Shown here piece by piece: positions 39,017 to 48,571 of a DNA stretch of 64,000 nt (position 1 is its first letter; every line of letters begins with the position of its first letter). This DNA comes from Candidatus Omnitrophota bacterium. Its GTDB lineage: Bacteria; Omnitrophota; Omnitrophia; Omnitrophales; Aquincolibacteriaceae. The stretch spans positions 43,834 to 107,833 of the forward strand of contig JAFGHI010000030.1 in NCBI GenBank assembly GCA_016930235.1, written 5' to 3'. The notes beneath the pieces are model-generated. The model saw only the letters and a program-made list of their open reading frames with translations. It had not been told where the DNA came from and did no database searches. The translations under genes and the position numbers were made by a program.

Positions 39017-40633
39017 ATGACGACTTATTCGTATGATGCAGTCATATTTGATTTAGATGGTGTGATCACAAAAACGGCCCGCGTTCATGCTCAGTCGTGG
39101 AAGGTTGTTTTTGACGATTACTTGCTCTACCGATCGAAACGATACAAGGAGCCGCTCCGGGAATTCGATATAAGTTCTGATTACCTGACTTATGTCGATG
39201 GGAAACCTAGGTATCAGGGCGTTAAGAGTTACCTTCAGTCGATCGATATCGAAGTCCCTTTTGGAGATCCTTCAGATCCGCCTGATAAAGAGACGATTTG
39301 CGGGATCGGTAACCGTAAAAACTCGATCTTCAGTGAGGTTTTAAGGAAACGCGGCGTTGAAGTTTTTCCCAAGACGATAGAGCTGGTCAAAGCCCTTCAT
39401 GAGAAGAAGATTCGCGTGGGTGTCGCGTCATCATCAAAGAATTGCCAGCTCATCTTAAAGTCGGCCAATATCGACCATTTATTTGAGACGCGTGTGGACG
39501 GAGAGGTTTCCATGGAACTGGGGCTTACGGGAAAACCCGAAGGCGATATCTTTGTGAAGGCAGCAGAAAATTTGGGGGTCTTGCCGGCGAGGTCGGTTGT
39601 GGTGGAGGACGCCACCTCAGGTGTTCAGGCCGGACGAAACGGCGGATTCGGTTTTGTTCTGGGTGTTGCAAGAAAAGAAAATGAAAATGAGCTGCTCGCC
39701 AATGGTGCCGACATCGTGGTGAAGGATTTGGGTGATATCAATATGGAAATCATCGAGCAATGGTTTCAAAAGAAAGCGCGGCCGCTTTTTCAGGAATGGG
39801 AGCACCCAACATCGAAATCGGATTCTCTGCCACCGAAAGGGCCTGCCGGAGGGGAGATTTTTATCAACCCGTGCCAATTAAGAGCAGGCAAAGACCTTTT
39901 TTCTTCCGGGAAAAAATTTGTTTTCTTTTTAGATTATGATGGGACCTTGACCCCGATTGTCTCAAGGCCTGATCTGGCGGTTTTATCCCCTTCGATGAAA
40001 GAAGTCCTGGAGCGTTTGATGAAGAAACATATGGTATCGATTGTGAGCGGCCGGATGAGAGAGGATGTCCAAAAACTTGTTGGGATTCAGGGTATTTTTT
40101 ATGCAGGGAGTCACGGATTTGATATTTTGGGGCCGGGTTTCTCGATGATCCAGCCGAAAGCAAAAGAGACCATCCCGGTTATTTCTACGATCATCAAGAA
40201 GCTTCATAAAGAATTAGGCGATATTCCGGGGGCCTTGATTGAAGAAAAGAAATTTAGTGTGGCTGTTCATTACAGACTGGTAGAAGGGCAATCCCTTGCG
40301 CGCATTCAAACAACGGTGGAGCGGATCGTCAGCAAACACGAGAATGTACGCATGATGAGCGGGAAGAAGGTATATGAAATCTTACCCAATATTGAATGGA
40401 ACAAAGGCAAGGCGATTCGGTGGATCATGAAGGCGCTCAAGTTATCTTGGGAAGAATGCTCCGTTTTTTACATCGGGGATGATGTAACCGATGAATTTGC
40501 CTTCAGAACAATACGGACACGCGGAACCGGAATTTTGGTTTCGGACGAATCGAAACCATCTTCAGCCGATTTTCAAATCCAGACACCTGATGATGTCAAA
40601 AAACTCTTCGAGAAAATCATTGCGGCGGCATAA
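39017..40633 (+). CDS. otsB: Beta-phosphoglucomutase-like HAD hydrolase fused to trehalose-6-phosphate phosphatase
   Basis: Two HAD domains: FDLDGV..GKP..VEDA and FLDYDGTLTPI..SGR..GSHG..KGKA..GDDVTDE. Confidence 0.88.
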   Translation: MTTYSYDAVIFDLDGVITKTARVHAQSWKVVFDDYLLYRSKRYKEPLREFDISSDYLTYVDGKPRYQGVKSYLQSIDIEVPFGDPSDPPDKETICGIGNRKNSIFSEVLRKRGVEVFPKTIELVKALHEKKIRVGVASSSKNCQLILKSANIDHLFETRVDGEVSMELGLTGKPEGDIFVKAAENLGVLPARSVVVEDATSGVQAGRNGGFGFVLGVARKENENELLANGADIVVKDLGDINMEIIEQWFQKKARPLFQEWEHPTSKSDSLPPKGPAGGEIFINPCQLRAGKDLFSSGKKFVFFLDYDGTLTPIVSRPDLAVLSPSMKEVLERLMKKHMVSIVSGRMREDVQKLVGIQGIFYAGSHGFDILGPGFSMIQPKAKETIPVISTIIKKLHKELGDIPGALIEEKKFSVAVHYRLVEGQSLARIQTTVERIVSKHENVRMMSGKKVYEILPNIEWNKGKAIRWIMKALKLSWEECSVFYIGDDVTDEFAFRTIRTRGTGILVSDESKPSSADFQIQTPDDVKKLFEKIIAAA

Positions 40634-43082
40634 AAAGAAAAAGTCAAAAGGGGAAGTCCTTTCTCCGTGGTCGATTACCTATTTAGGGTTTGATCCTTGC
40701 CAAGAAGGATTGAGGGAAGCCCTTTGTACTTTGGGTAACGGGTACATGGGGGTTCGTGGGGCCTCACCGCAGGTGGATGCTTCGGATGATCACTATCCGG
40801 GCATGTATTTGGCGGGACTTTACAATAAGACACCTACCAAGATTGCAGGGCGGACCATTTACAATGAAGATATGGTGAATTGTCCGAATTGGATCCATAT
40901 TACGTTTCGGATTGGTGAGGGGGAGTGGTTTACTCCGAAATCCGAGAATATTCTTGAATATTCCCAGGAACTTGACATGCGCGCGGGGTGTTTGAAAAGG
41001 AAAATGCGGGTCAAGGATAGTCGCGGACGGATTACGCTTGTTGAAACGGAGCGGATTGTTTCGATGAAGGATCCCCATCTTGCGGCCATCCGCCATCGAA
41101 TGACACCCCTTAATTATGATGGCTATCTGAGTATCAAGTCGACCCTTGACGGGACCGTCAAGAATTGGGGGGTTAAGCGATACCGGGAGCTCAATTGCCA
41201 ACATCTCAAACACAAACGGGCTAAACGAATCGGCAGGGATGGCATTGCTCTTTCTGTCATGACGACTCAATCCAAGGTCGAGATTGCCGAGGCATCTGTC
41301 CTGCGATGTTTTTCGAACGGAAGAGAAATTAAGCCAAAGTTTAAATTTTCGCTCGATAGAAAAGCGCCGATCTCACAGGAGTTGTGGGTTCGCGCTAAGC
41401 GCAAGAAGAAGTACGATTTTGAAAAGGTCGTAGCGGTTTATACTTCGAGAGATGCCGGCGTCCAAGACCCGTTCCGCGCGGCTATTAGGGCCGTCCGTCA
41501 AGGAAATCGTTTCGAGACCTTGAAAAAAGAGCACGCTGAATGCTGGAATGAATTATGGCGGAAGTTTGACGTCGAAATTGAGGGGGACCTTTTTTCTCAA
41601 GCCGTTCTTCGTTTACATATTTTCCATTTACTCCAGACCGCATCTTTGCATAATTCAAAGATCGATGCAGGATTACCTGCAAGAGGACTGCATGGTGAGG
41701 CCTATCGAGGGCATGTCTTTTGGGATGAGCTTTTTGTGATGTCTCTCTTTGACCTTCATGCCCCCGAAATTTCGAAGGCGTTGTTGAGGTATCGCTACGA
41801 AAGGCTGCCCAAATCCAGGAAATATGCTACCCAAAACGGGTATCGCGGCGCGATGTTTGCTTGGCAGAGCGGCTCGACAGGTGTGGAGGAAACACAGATT
41901 GTTCATCTTAATCCTATGTCGGGTGAGTGGGGACCGGACGCCAGCCGGATTCAACGACATGTTTCGTTCGCGATTGCTTACAACATGTGGGCTTATTGGC
42001 AAAGGACGGGTGATCTTAAGTTTTTTTCTTCCTGCGGCGCAGAGGTATTGTTGTCCATTGCTCAATTTGGGGCGAGTCTGGCGAAGTTCGACAAAGGTGA
42101 CCGCCGTTATCATACCGACGGCATTATGGGGCCCGATGAATTTCATGAGTACCTCCCCGGGGCTAAAAAGCCCGGTTTTCGTGATAATGCCTACACAAAT
42201 TTAATGATTGTATGGACGCTTTTGCGTTCAAGGGAAGCCTTGGAGATTCTCCCGGCATCTGATCGCAAACGTTTAATTAAAAAACTCGGGATTACCCGCA
42301 AGGAATTAACGCGGTGGGATAACATTATACATCAAATGAATGTTTATGTTGCCTCCGACGGCGTTATTAGCCAGTTTGACGGTTATTTCCGGTTAAAGGA
42401 ATTAAACTGGGATGCTTACCGGAAGAAGTACGGCAAGATCGGACGGCTGGATCGCATCTTGAAAGCTGAGGGCAAATCGCCGGATGATTATAAGGTGTCA
42501 AAACAGGCCGATCTCTTAATGCTTTTTTATATCCTGCCCATCGGTGAGATTGAAGAATTGTTTAATCGATTGGGATATGTCTTTGATCCAAAGTTGCTTA
42601 CGATCAATTATCATTATTATGAACCCCGGACCTCCCACGGTTCAACGCTCAGCAAAGTGGTTCACGGGTATTGTGCGCATTTGATGGGAAAATCCAAGGT
42701 TTCGTGGGATTGGTTTCTTGAAGTTTGCCGCTCCGATATCCATGACACACAGGGCGGAACAACCCCCGAAGGTATTCACTGCGGGGTGATGGGAGGATCG
42801 CTGGATATGGTTCAGCGGGCATTTGCAGGTGTCCATATTTTAAGCGACCGGGTCAAGATTAATCCAAGATTGCCGAAAGCCTGGCGCAAACTGCATCTGA
42901 AGCTCTTCTGCCGCGGGCATTGGATGGAATTTTGGATCAACCATCATCGGATCACTTGTGTGTTGGAGAGTTCTCCTCAGAAACCTTTTCCTCTTCCTGT
43001 GGAAATTGGTGGAAAGCGCGTGGATGGAATAGGGAATCAAAAGAGATCTTTTTCCTACCGCTCGCATATTGAGTCGATTTAA
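40590..43082 (+). CDS. Glycoside hydrolase family 65 (trehalose/trehalose-6-phosphate phosphorylase-like)
   Basis: LGNGYMGVRG, ARGLHGEAYRGHVFWDE, GPDEFHE, KQAD and HGSTLS motifs; start uncertain (ATG 40590/40593). Confidence 0.9.
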   Translation: MMSKNSSRKSLRRHKKKKSKGEVLSPWSITYLGFDPCQEGLREALCTLGNGYMGVRGASPQVDASDDHYPGMYLAGLYNKTPTKIAGRTIYNEDMVNCPNWIHITFRIGEGEWFTPKSENILEYSQELDMRAGCLKRKMRVKDSRGRITLVETERIVSMKDPHLAAIRHRMTPLNYDGYLSIKSTLDGTVKNWGVKRYRELNCQHLKHKRAKRIGRDGIALSVMTTQSKVEIAEASVLRCFSNGREIKPKFKFSLDRKAPISQELWVRAKRKKKYDFEKVVAVYTSRDAGVQDPFRAAIRAVRQGNRFETLKKEHAECWNELWRKFDVEIEGDLFSQAVLRLHIFHLLQTASLHNSKIDAGLPARGLHGEAYRGHVFWDELFVMSLFDLHAPEISKALLRYRYERLPKSRKYATQNGYRGAMFAWQSGSTGVEETQIVHLNPMSGEWGPDASRIQRHVSFAIAYNMWAYWQRTGDLKFFSSCGAEVLLSIAQFGASLAKFDKGDRRYHTDGIMGPDEFHEYLPGAKKPGFRDNAYTNLMIVWTLLRSREALEILPASDRKRLIKKLGITRKELTRWDNIIHQMNVYVASDGVISQFDGYFRLKELNWDAYRKKYGKIGRLDRILKAEGKSPDDYKVSKQADLLMLFYILPIGEIEELFNRLGYVFDPKLLTINYHYYEPRTSHGSTLSKVVHGYCAHLMGKSKVSWDWFLEVCRSDIHDTQGGTTPEGIHCGVMGGSLDMVQRAFAGVHILSDRVKINPRLPKAWRKLHLKLFCRGHWMEFWINHHRITCVLESSPQKPFPLPVEIGGKRVDGIGNQKRSFSYRSHIESI

Positions 43083-43159
43083 CGTAAAATACCCCCTTTC
43101 GACATCGGTTGGTACAAAATCATGGATCTGGATAAGATGAAGGAGAAGAGTTAAATTTT

Positions 43160-43765
43160 ATGGATGAACCATCGGAGTTAAGACAAAAGACAATCGCAAT
43201 TGCCAAAAAACATAAGGCGTCCTGGATCGAGCTGGGGCAGTATCTTTATACCATCCATAAGGATAAGCACTATAAAAGTTGGGGCTATCTTAGTTTCCAA
43301 ACTTATTGCAAGAAGGAGCTCAGCATCAAAGAAACCACGGCGGCAAAACTTATGAAGTCCTATCATTTTTTGGAAAAGGAAGAACCCAGAATGGTTTCCC
43401 CGACTTTTCTGGAAAAGGAGGAATCGGCCAAGATCCCTGATTATGAAGCCGTGAACGTCCTAAGATTGGCTAAGCAGAATCAGAAAATTAACACGGGCGA
43501 TTTTTCGGATTTGCGGGAAGCCGTTTTAAACGCTGCCAAAGAACCCCAGGAGATTCGGGCCCAAATCAAACAGATTCTTGAGGATCGCGATGAGAGGGAA
43601 CCCGATGAGATTCAGAGGTCCAAAAGAAATGCTTCGATTAAACGTTTGGTGACGATGCTGTCCTCGATGAAAAAGCAGATGGAAAGCGAAAAACTTTTGC
43701 CCGCTTATTTGATTAAGCAGATGGCCGATTTGGCGGGGAAACTTGAAGATCAGCTGGAGGAATAA
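43160..43765 (+). CDS. Hypothetical protein, possibly DNA-binding (DUF3102-like N-terminus)
   Basis: AGGAG SD upstream. ELG..L..I...K.Y..WGY.SF..YC..EL pattern followed by helical segments. Confidence 0.6.
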   Translation: MDEPSELRQKTIAIAKKHKASWIELGQYLYTIHKDKHYKSWGYLSFQTYCKKELSIKETTAAKLMKSYHFLEKEEPRMVSPTFLEKEESAKIPDYEAVNVLRLAKQNQKINTGDFSDLREAVLNAAKEPQEIRAQIKQILEDRDEREPDEIQRSKRNASIKRLVTMLSSMKKQMESEKLLPAYLIKQMADLAGKLEDQLEE

Positions 43766-43779
43766 AGGCGGGTTGGACC

Positions 43780-45156
43780 GTGGATGATAGGCTCAAAAAG
43801 ATACTGGAAGCGATGAAAGCGATTGAGGTCGGAAATTTTCATTCGGTGAAGCCGGTGGAAGGGTCGGACGAACTCGCGAAGATTTCCAGAAAACTTTGTG
43901 AATTAGGACGACATTTTGATGTGAAGCTTCAGGGATTCCAAAAGATTGCCAGGATCACTGAAGAGATCAATCAAGGGCTTACCTTGGAAGAAATCCTGAA
44001 CCATGTTTATGATTCTTTCAGGACGATGATTCCTTATGATCGGATCGGGTTTGCGCTCCTTGAAGATCATGAGACAATCGTCAGATCCAAATGGCAGCGT
44101 TCCGAGGCTCCGGATTTGCGTATTACGGCAGGTTATTCGGCAAGACTTGAAGGGAGCAGCCTTGAGAAGATCATACGGACAAACCGTCCAAGGATCTTAA
44201 ATGACTTAGAGGACTATCTTAAAAATCATCCCAAGTCGGATTCGACCCAACGCATTGTTGAGGAGGGGATGAGGTCAAGCCTGACTTGTCCTTTGATTGC
44301 TTTGGGAAAACCGCTTGGTTTCATCTTTTTTTCAAGCATGAAGAAAAAGACGTATCAGGATATTCATGTGGATTTATTTATGCAGATTGCGGGGCAGCTG
44401 GCCGTGATCGCCGAGAAGGGCAAACTCTATGAAGAACTCGTGATCTTAAATGAGCAAAAGAACCGGTTTCTCGGTATTGTGGCACATGATTTGCGCGCCC
44501 CTTTGGCTACCATCAAAGGGTACTTGGGAATCCTGTTGGGTGGATTACTGGGTGAGATCCCGGATAATCAAAAGCACCCCTTGGAAAAGATGACGATCAC
44601 ATCGGACAAAATGCTTTCTTTGATCAAGAATCTTTTGGATGTCAGCGTGATTGAGTCCGGGGTATTGAATTTGGATAAGAAGACGGTTGATTTGACGGAA
44701 TATCTCAACGAAAGCCTTTCGTTTAATACCTTGATTGCGAAGGGCAGAAATTTCTCGCTACGGGCAGACATCGGCCCGGATCTTCCGAAGGTTGTGATCG
44801 ATCCGGATAAAATGGACCAGGTCATCAATAATCTGGTTGGGAATGCCATCAAATTTTCGAAACCGGGGACGGCGATTACCTTAAGGGCCAGGGTGGAAGG
44901 GCAAGAGGTGCATATTTCTGTTCAGGATGAGGGGCAGGGGATACCTCCGGGTGAGATTGCGAAACTTTTCAAGGATTTCGGCAAGACAATCATTAAACCG
45001 ACCACTCGCGAAGCCAGCACGGGTTTGGGATTGGCGATAGCCAAAAAGATGGTTGAAGCCCATCATGGACGAATTTGGGTTGAAAGTGTTCCCGGGAAAG
45101 GCTCTACCTTTACTTTCTCAATTCCCTTAGAGCAAGTTGCAGAAAAGGCAATTTAA
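43780..45156 (+). CDS. Cytoplasmic GAF-domain sensor histidine kinase
   Basis: GAF domain (MRSSLTCPL), H-box AHDLRAPL, N-box NLVGNAIKF, G boxes DEGQGI and GLGLAI; no TM segment. Confidence 0.92.
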   Translation: MDDRLKKILEAMKAIEVGNFHSVKPVEGSDELAKISRKLCELGRHFDVKLQGFQKIARITEEINQGLTLEEILNHVYDSFRTMIPYDRIGFALLEDHETIVRSKWQRSEAPDLRITAGYSARLEGSSLEKIIRTNRPRILNDLEDYLKNHPKSDSTQRIVEEGMRSSLTCPLIALGKPLGFIFFSSMKKKTYQDIHVDLFMQIAGQLAVIAEKGKLYEELVILNEQKNRFLGIVAHDLRAPLATIKGYLGILLGGLLGEIPDNQKHPLEKMTITSDKMLSLIKNLLDVSVIESGVLNLDKKTVDLTEYLNESLSFNTLIAKGRNFSLRADIGPDLPKVVIDPDKMDQVINNLVGNAIKFSKPGTAITLRARVEGQEVHISVQDEGQGIPPGEIAKLFKDFGKTIIKPTTREASTGLGLAIAKKMVEAHHGRIWVESVPGKGSTFTFSIPLEQVAEKAI

Positions 45157-45184
45157 GACCGGATCTTGCCTCAGAGAGGATATT

Positions 45185-45898
45185 CTATCCTGAGGGTTTT
45201 TCCTGAAAACGAAAACCGTAGCCGTGCACGGTTTCGATGTTCATCCCATAAGGTCCCAATTCCTTGCGAAGCCTTTGGATGGCCGAATCAATCGCCCGTG
45301 ATTGGGAGGACCCTCTTTTTTTCCAGACGGCCTTTCCCAGGTCTTCCTTGGTGAAGGTCTTACCTTTCTCTTCGAGGAAGAGTTTCAGTAAGGCGAATTC
45401 TTTCGGTCGTAGATTCATCACCTGGCCGTCAATCCGGCATTCGTGCTTGGGCAAATCTAACTCCAAGGTTTCGAATTTCAGGACGGACGGTAGAGCGGTA
45501 TCAGGTTTGCTGACATCTTGCCGGCGTCTTAAGAGAGCTTCAATTCGAGCAACAAGTTCATTGGTTGCAAATGGCTTTGGCAAATAGTCATCCCCCCCAA
45601 GTTTTAATCCTAAGACCTTGTCTTCAATCTCCTGTTTTGAGGAAAGGAAGAGAATTGGGATTAATTTCGTGCGGTCTTGGTTTCTCAACTCATGGCAGAG
45701 CTCGAGGCCGTCTCCGTCCGGTAAAACACGGTCCAAGAGGATAAGATCGGGTATTGTCTTCGTCAGGGTTTCTCTTGCTTCAGCAAGATTGAATGCCGAA
45801 ATAGCACGGTATTTTTGAAAGGTCAGGATATCGTTCAGAAGGGATTGTATCCCCGGCTCATCGTCAACGACCAGAACGACTGATGCTTTGGATGTCAT
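45185..45898 (-). CDS. OmpR/PhoB-family response regulator
   Basis: Receiver motifs VVDD, LLDRVLPDGDG and KPF; winged helix ending IETVHGYGFR. Confidence 0.93.
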   Translation of the reverse strand: MTSKASVVLVVDDEPGIQSLLNDILTFQKYRAISAFNLAEARETLTKTIPDLILLDRVLPDGDGLELCHELRNQDRTKLIPILFLSSKQEIEDKVLGLKLGGDDYLPKPFATNELVARIEALLRRRQDVSKPDTALPSVLKFETLELDLPKHECRIDGQVMNLRPKEFALLKLFLEEKGKTFTKEDLGKAVWKKRGSSQSRAIDSAIQRLRKELGPYGMNIETVHGYGFRFQEKPSG

Positions 45899-45954
45899 GA
45901 TTTGATTTGTCTCCCGCTTATTTTGACCTTGATTCTAGGGGAACGCTTGATATT

Positions 45955-46518
45955 TTAAAACAGATATTTTTTGTAGTAGCGGAGCTCTTCAATGGATTCA
46001 AGGATGTCGGTTTTTGCGCGGTGGGCTTCCTTTTTTGATGGATGAGAGGGCAGAGATATTGCCCATCGGGAGCAAAGTTCTTTTAATGTGCTGACATCGA
46101 TAAGGCGGTAGTGCAAGTACCGATGAATGAGGGGCATGTGTTTTGCCAAAAATCTCCGGTCATGGTGGATGGAATTACCGCAGAGGGGGGATTGCCCTTG
46201 CGGAGTGTAAGACTTGAGAAATCGCAAGATGGCCTGTTCGGCTTTTTTGACCGATAACCGGGATCTTTTGACTTCTTGAAGAAGTCCCGATGTCTGATGA
46301 TGTTGTCGATTCCAGGCGTCCATTTTTCTGAGGACACTTTCTGGATGATGAATCACGAGTTCGGGGCCTTCGGCGATGATCGTGAGCTGGTTATCCGTGA
46401 TCAAAACGGCAATCTCGAGGATCTTGTCTTGATCGGGATCGAGTCCCGTCATTTCCATATCGATCCAGACGAGATATTTCGAAGGTTTATTTTTTTTCCG
46501 GTGATGTTTCGGCATCAT
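45955..46518 (-). CDS. orn: Oligoribonuclease
   Basis: WIDMEMTGL, CGNSI..DRRFL, HYRLIDVSTLKEL and HRA..DI.ES motifs. Confidence 0.95.
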   Translation of the reverse strand: MMPKHHRKKNKPSKYLVWIDMEMTGLDPDQDKILEIAVLITDNQLTIIAEGPELVIHHPESVLRKMDAWNRQHHQTSGLLQEVKRSRLSVKKAEQAILRFLKSYTPQGQSPLCGNSIHHDRRFLAKHMPLIHRYLHYRLIDVSTLKELCSRWAISLPSHPSKKEAHRAKTDILESIEELRYYKKYLF

Positions 46519-46521
46519 GAT

Positions 46522-46550
46522 TTTATAGCGCCAATGAACGGGAATTGCAA
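46522..46550 (-). promoter_or_regulatory. Putative sigma70 promoter for orn (possibly leaderless)
   Basis: Minus strand TTGCAA-N17-TATAAA ends 6 nt before the second ATG (46515). Confidence 0.5.
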
Positions 46551-46641
46551 GCTTTGTCCTTGCACGGCTAATTTTTTGTTGGAAAGTGGGGGCATAAATG
46601 CTTTATGATAGAAGCCTTTACGGTCAATAAGCGGGGAATCC

Positions 46642-47874
46642 ATGGGACAAAAGGGAAAACAAAAAGCACTTATCGGGAAGGCCGTTGTGGGGCAGTCCGG
46701 TGGCTGTACGGCTGTCATCAACCAAAGTTTGGCTGGGGTGATTGACGGCGCCTGCGGGCGCTCATGTATTACGGATCTTTGGGGCACCCGGCATGGGGTG
46801 ATGGGCATTTTGAAAGGCGAGTATATTGACCTCCAATGCCAACCCAAAGGTATTGTCAAAGCCGTTGCCAATCAACCCTCGTCCGCTCTAGGGTCGGCGC
46901 GGTACAAACTTGGCGAAGGTGAAGAATACCGGGTCATCCGGAATTTTTCGAAATCGAATATCCGGTATGTCTTTTTTATCGGGGGCAATGACACGGCAGA
47001 GACCATTCTTAGGATTGCTCATGCGGCAAAAAAGGAAAAATATGAGTTGCGAGCCATCCACATCCCAAAAACGATTGACAATGATTTGATGGAAACGGAC
47101 CATTGCCCTGGGTACGGGTCCGTTGCACGTTTTGTGGCCATTACGACCCAAGAGGCTGGTTTGGATACAAGGGCGATGCGCCATGTGGATCCGGTCAAAA
47201 TTATCGAAGTGATGGGAAGAAATTCGGGTTGGATTACCGCTGCTTCGGCACTGCTCAAGCAAAGCGAATTGGATCCTCCGCATCTTCTTTTAGTCCCCGA
47301 GATTCCATTCGTCGAGGCGAGATTTATTCAGCAAGTCCGGGAAACCATTCAAAAAGCGGGATATTGCGTTGTGGTGATCTCAGAAACAATCAGAAATGAA
47401 CAGGGTGAAAAAATTGGAGCACGCAAAGAAGGAATCCTTAAAGACTCCTTTGGTCACCAATATGTTGAAGGCGCATCCAGCGTTTTAGTCCGTCTGATTG
47501 AAAACAATCTGAAGATCCGGGCACGCTATGATAAACCGGGGACCATCCAGAGAATGTCGATGCCATACGTTTCGGAAGTGGATCAGCGTGAAGCCTACGA
47601 AGCTGGAGTTTATGCGGTGAAATGGGCTTGCGAAGGGGTGAGCGAAGTCATGGTCTCTTTTGCCCGGGTTCCGGGAAAACGTTACAGGATTCAATGCCGG
47701 ATGGTCCCTCTTAAAAATATTCCTCACCGTGAACGATATTTGCCCAACAACTTTCTCAACAAAGAGAAAACGAATGTGAGCAAGGCTTTTATGAAGTATG
47801 CTTTGCCCTTAATCGGAAAAAATCTTCCTCAATTTCCATTTCTGAGATCGGTGCAGCCACGCATCGTTGAATGA
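46642..47874 (+). CDS. pfp: 6-phosphofructokinase, likely PPi-dependent
   Basis: QSGG, GGNDT, PKTIDND and EVMGR. The Asp/Lys pair at these two motifs is the known PPi-type signature. Confidence 0.85.
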   Translation: MGQKGKQKALIGKAVVGQSGGCTAVINQSLAGVIDGACGRSCITDLWGTRHGVMGILKGEYIDLQCQPKGIVKAVANQPSSALGSARYKLGEGEEYRVIRNFSKSNIRYVFFIGGNDTAETILRIAHAAKKEKYELRAIHIPKTIDNDLMETDHCPGYGSVARFVAITTQEAGLDTRAMRHVDPVKIIEVMGRNSGWITAASALLKQSELDPPHLLLVPEIPFVEARFIQQVRETIQKAGYCVVVISETIRNEQGEKIGARKEGILKDSFGHQYVEGASSVLVRLIENNLKIRARYDKPGTIQRMSMPYVSEVDQREAYEAGVYAVKWACEGVSEVMVSFARVPGKRYRIQCRMVPLKNIPHRERYLPNNFLNKEKTNVSKAFMKYALPLIGKNLPQFPFLRSVQPRIVE

Positions 47875-47919
47875 TAGCGGGGGCTGCCGGCCGACGGTCA
47901 GAAATTTGAAAGGTGGGGC

Positions 47920-48570
47920 GTGGATAAAGAGTTTTATCAAGCCGTTCCGGGGACTTCCTACGATGATTTGTTGAAAAGCCGAAATCCTTTTCGAAGGTGG
48001 TTTCATGTCAGTCGCTACCGCAATATTCAAAACCTTGTGGACACATGTCCTAAGCCTCATGGCAGGATTCTTGATTTGGGCTCCGCCAGTTGCTGCTGGA
48101 ATACAAAAAAATTACCGGTGGTCGGGCTTGATTTTAATGAGGCCTTATTGAAACAAGGAAAACAATGCGGCCGGTTGGTGGATTATCGGGTGGCCGATGC
48201 GGCCCATACGGGATTTGAGGACAAGAGTTTTGATGTGGTCGTCGGTGCTGAAGTTTTAGAGCACATGAAGAGTCCAGACTTGATACTCCGGGAAGTCCAT
48301 CGCGTTCTCAAAGATGACGGACGTTTTGTCATTTCGGTTCCTGATGACGGTTCTTGGACCGCTTGGAAGGCGCTCTTTTCCTTGGTGACTTTTTACTACG
48401 GGTATCTTTTAGGAGACCCGTATATGAAAAGTCAATGCGGCCACATTCATCATTTTTCCGCCAAAGATTTAAAAAAAATTTTAGTGCATAATGGATTTGA
48501 GATCGAAAAATATTTTACTTTTTGGACCCTGACGTTGTATTGTGTCGTGCGTAAATCCCCAAATTCTTAA
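47920..48570 (+). CDS. Class I SAM-dependent methyltransferase
   Basis: ILDLGS, GLD, FDVV..EVLEH and RVLKDDG...ISVP motifs. Confidence 0.85.
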   Translation: MDKEFYQAVPGTSYDDLLKSRNPFRRWFHVSRYRNIQNLVDTCPKPHGRILDLGSASCCWNTKKLPVVGLDFNEALLKQGKQCGRLVDYRVADAAHTGFEDKSFDVVVGAEVLEHMKSPDLILREVHRVLKDDGRFVISVPDDGSWTAWKALFSLVTFYYGYLLGDPYMKSQCGHIHHFSAKDLKKILVHNGFEIEKYFTFWTLTLYCVVRKSPNS

Positions 48571-48571
48571 G

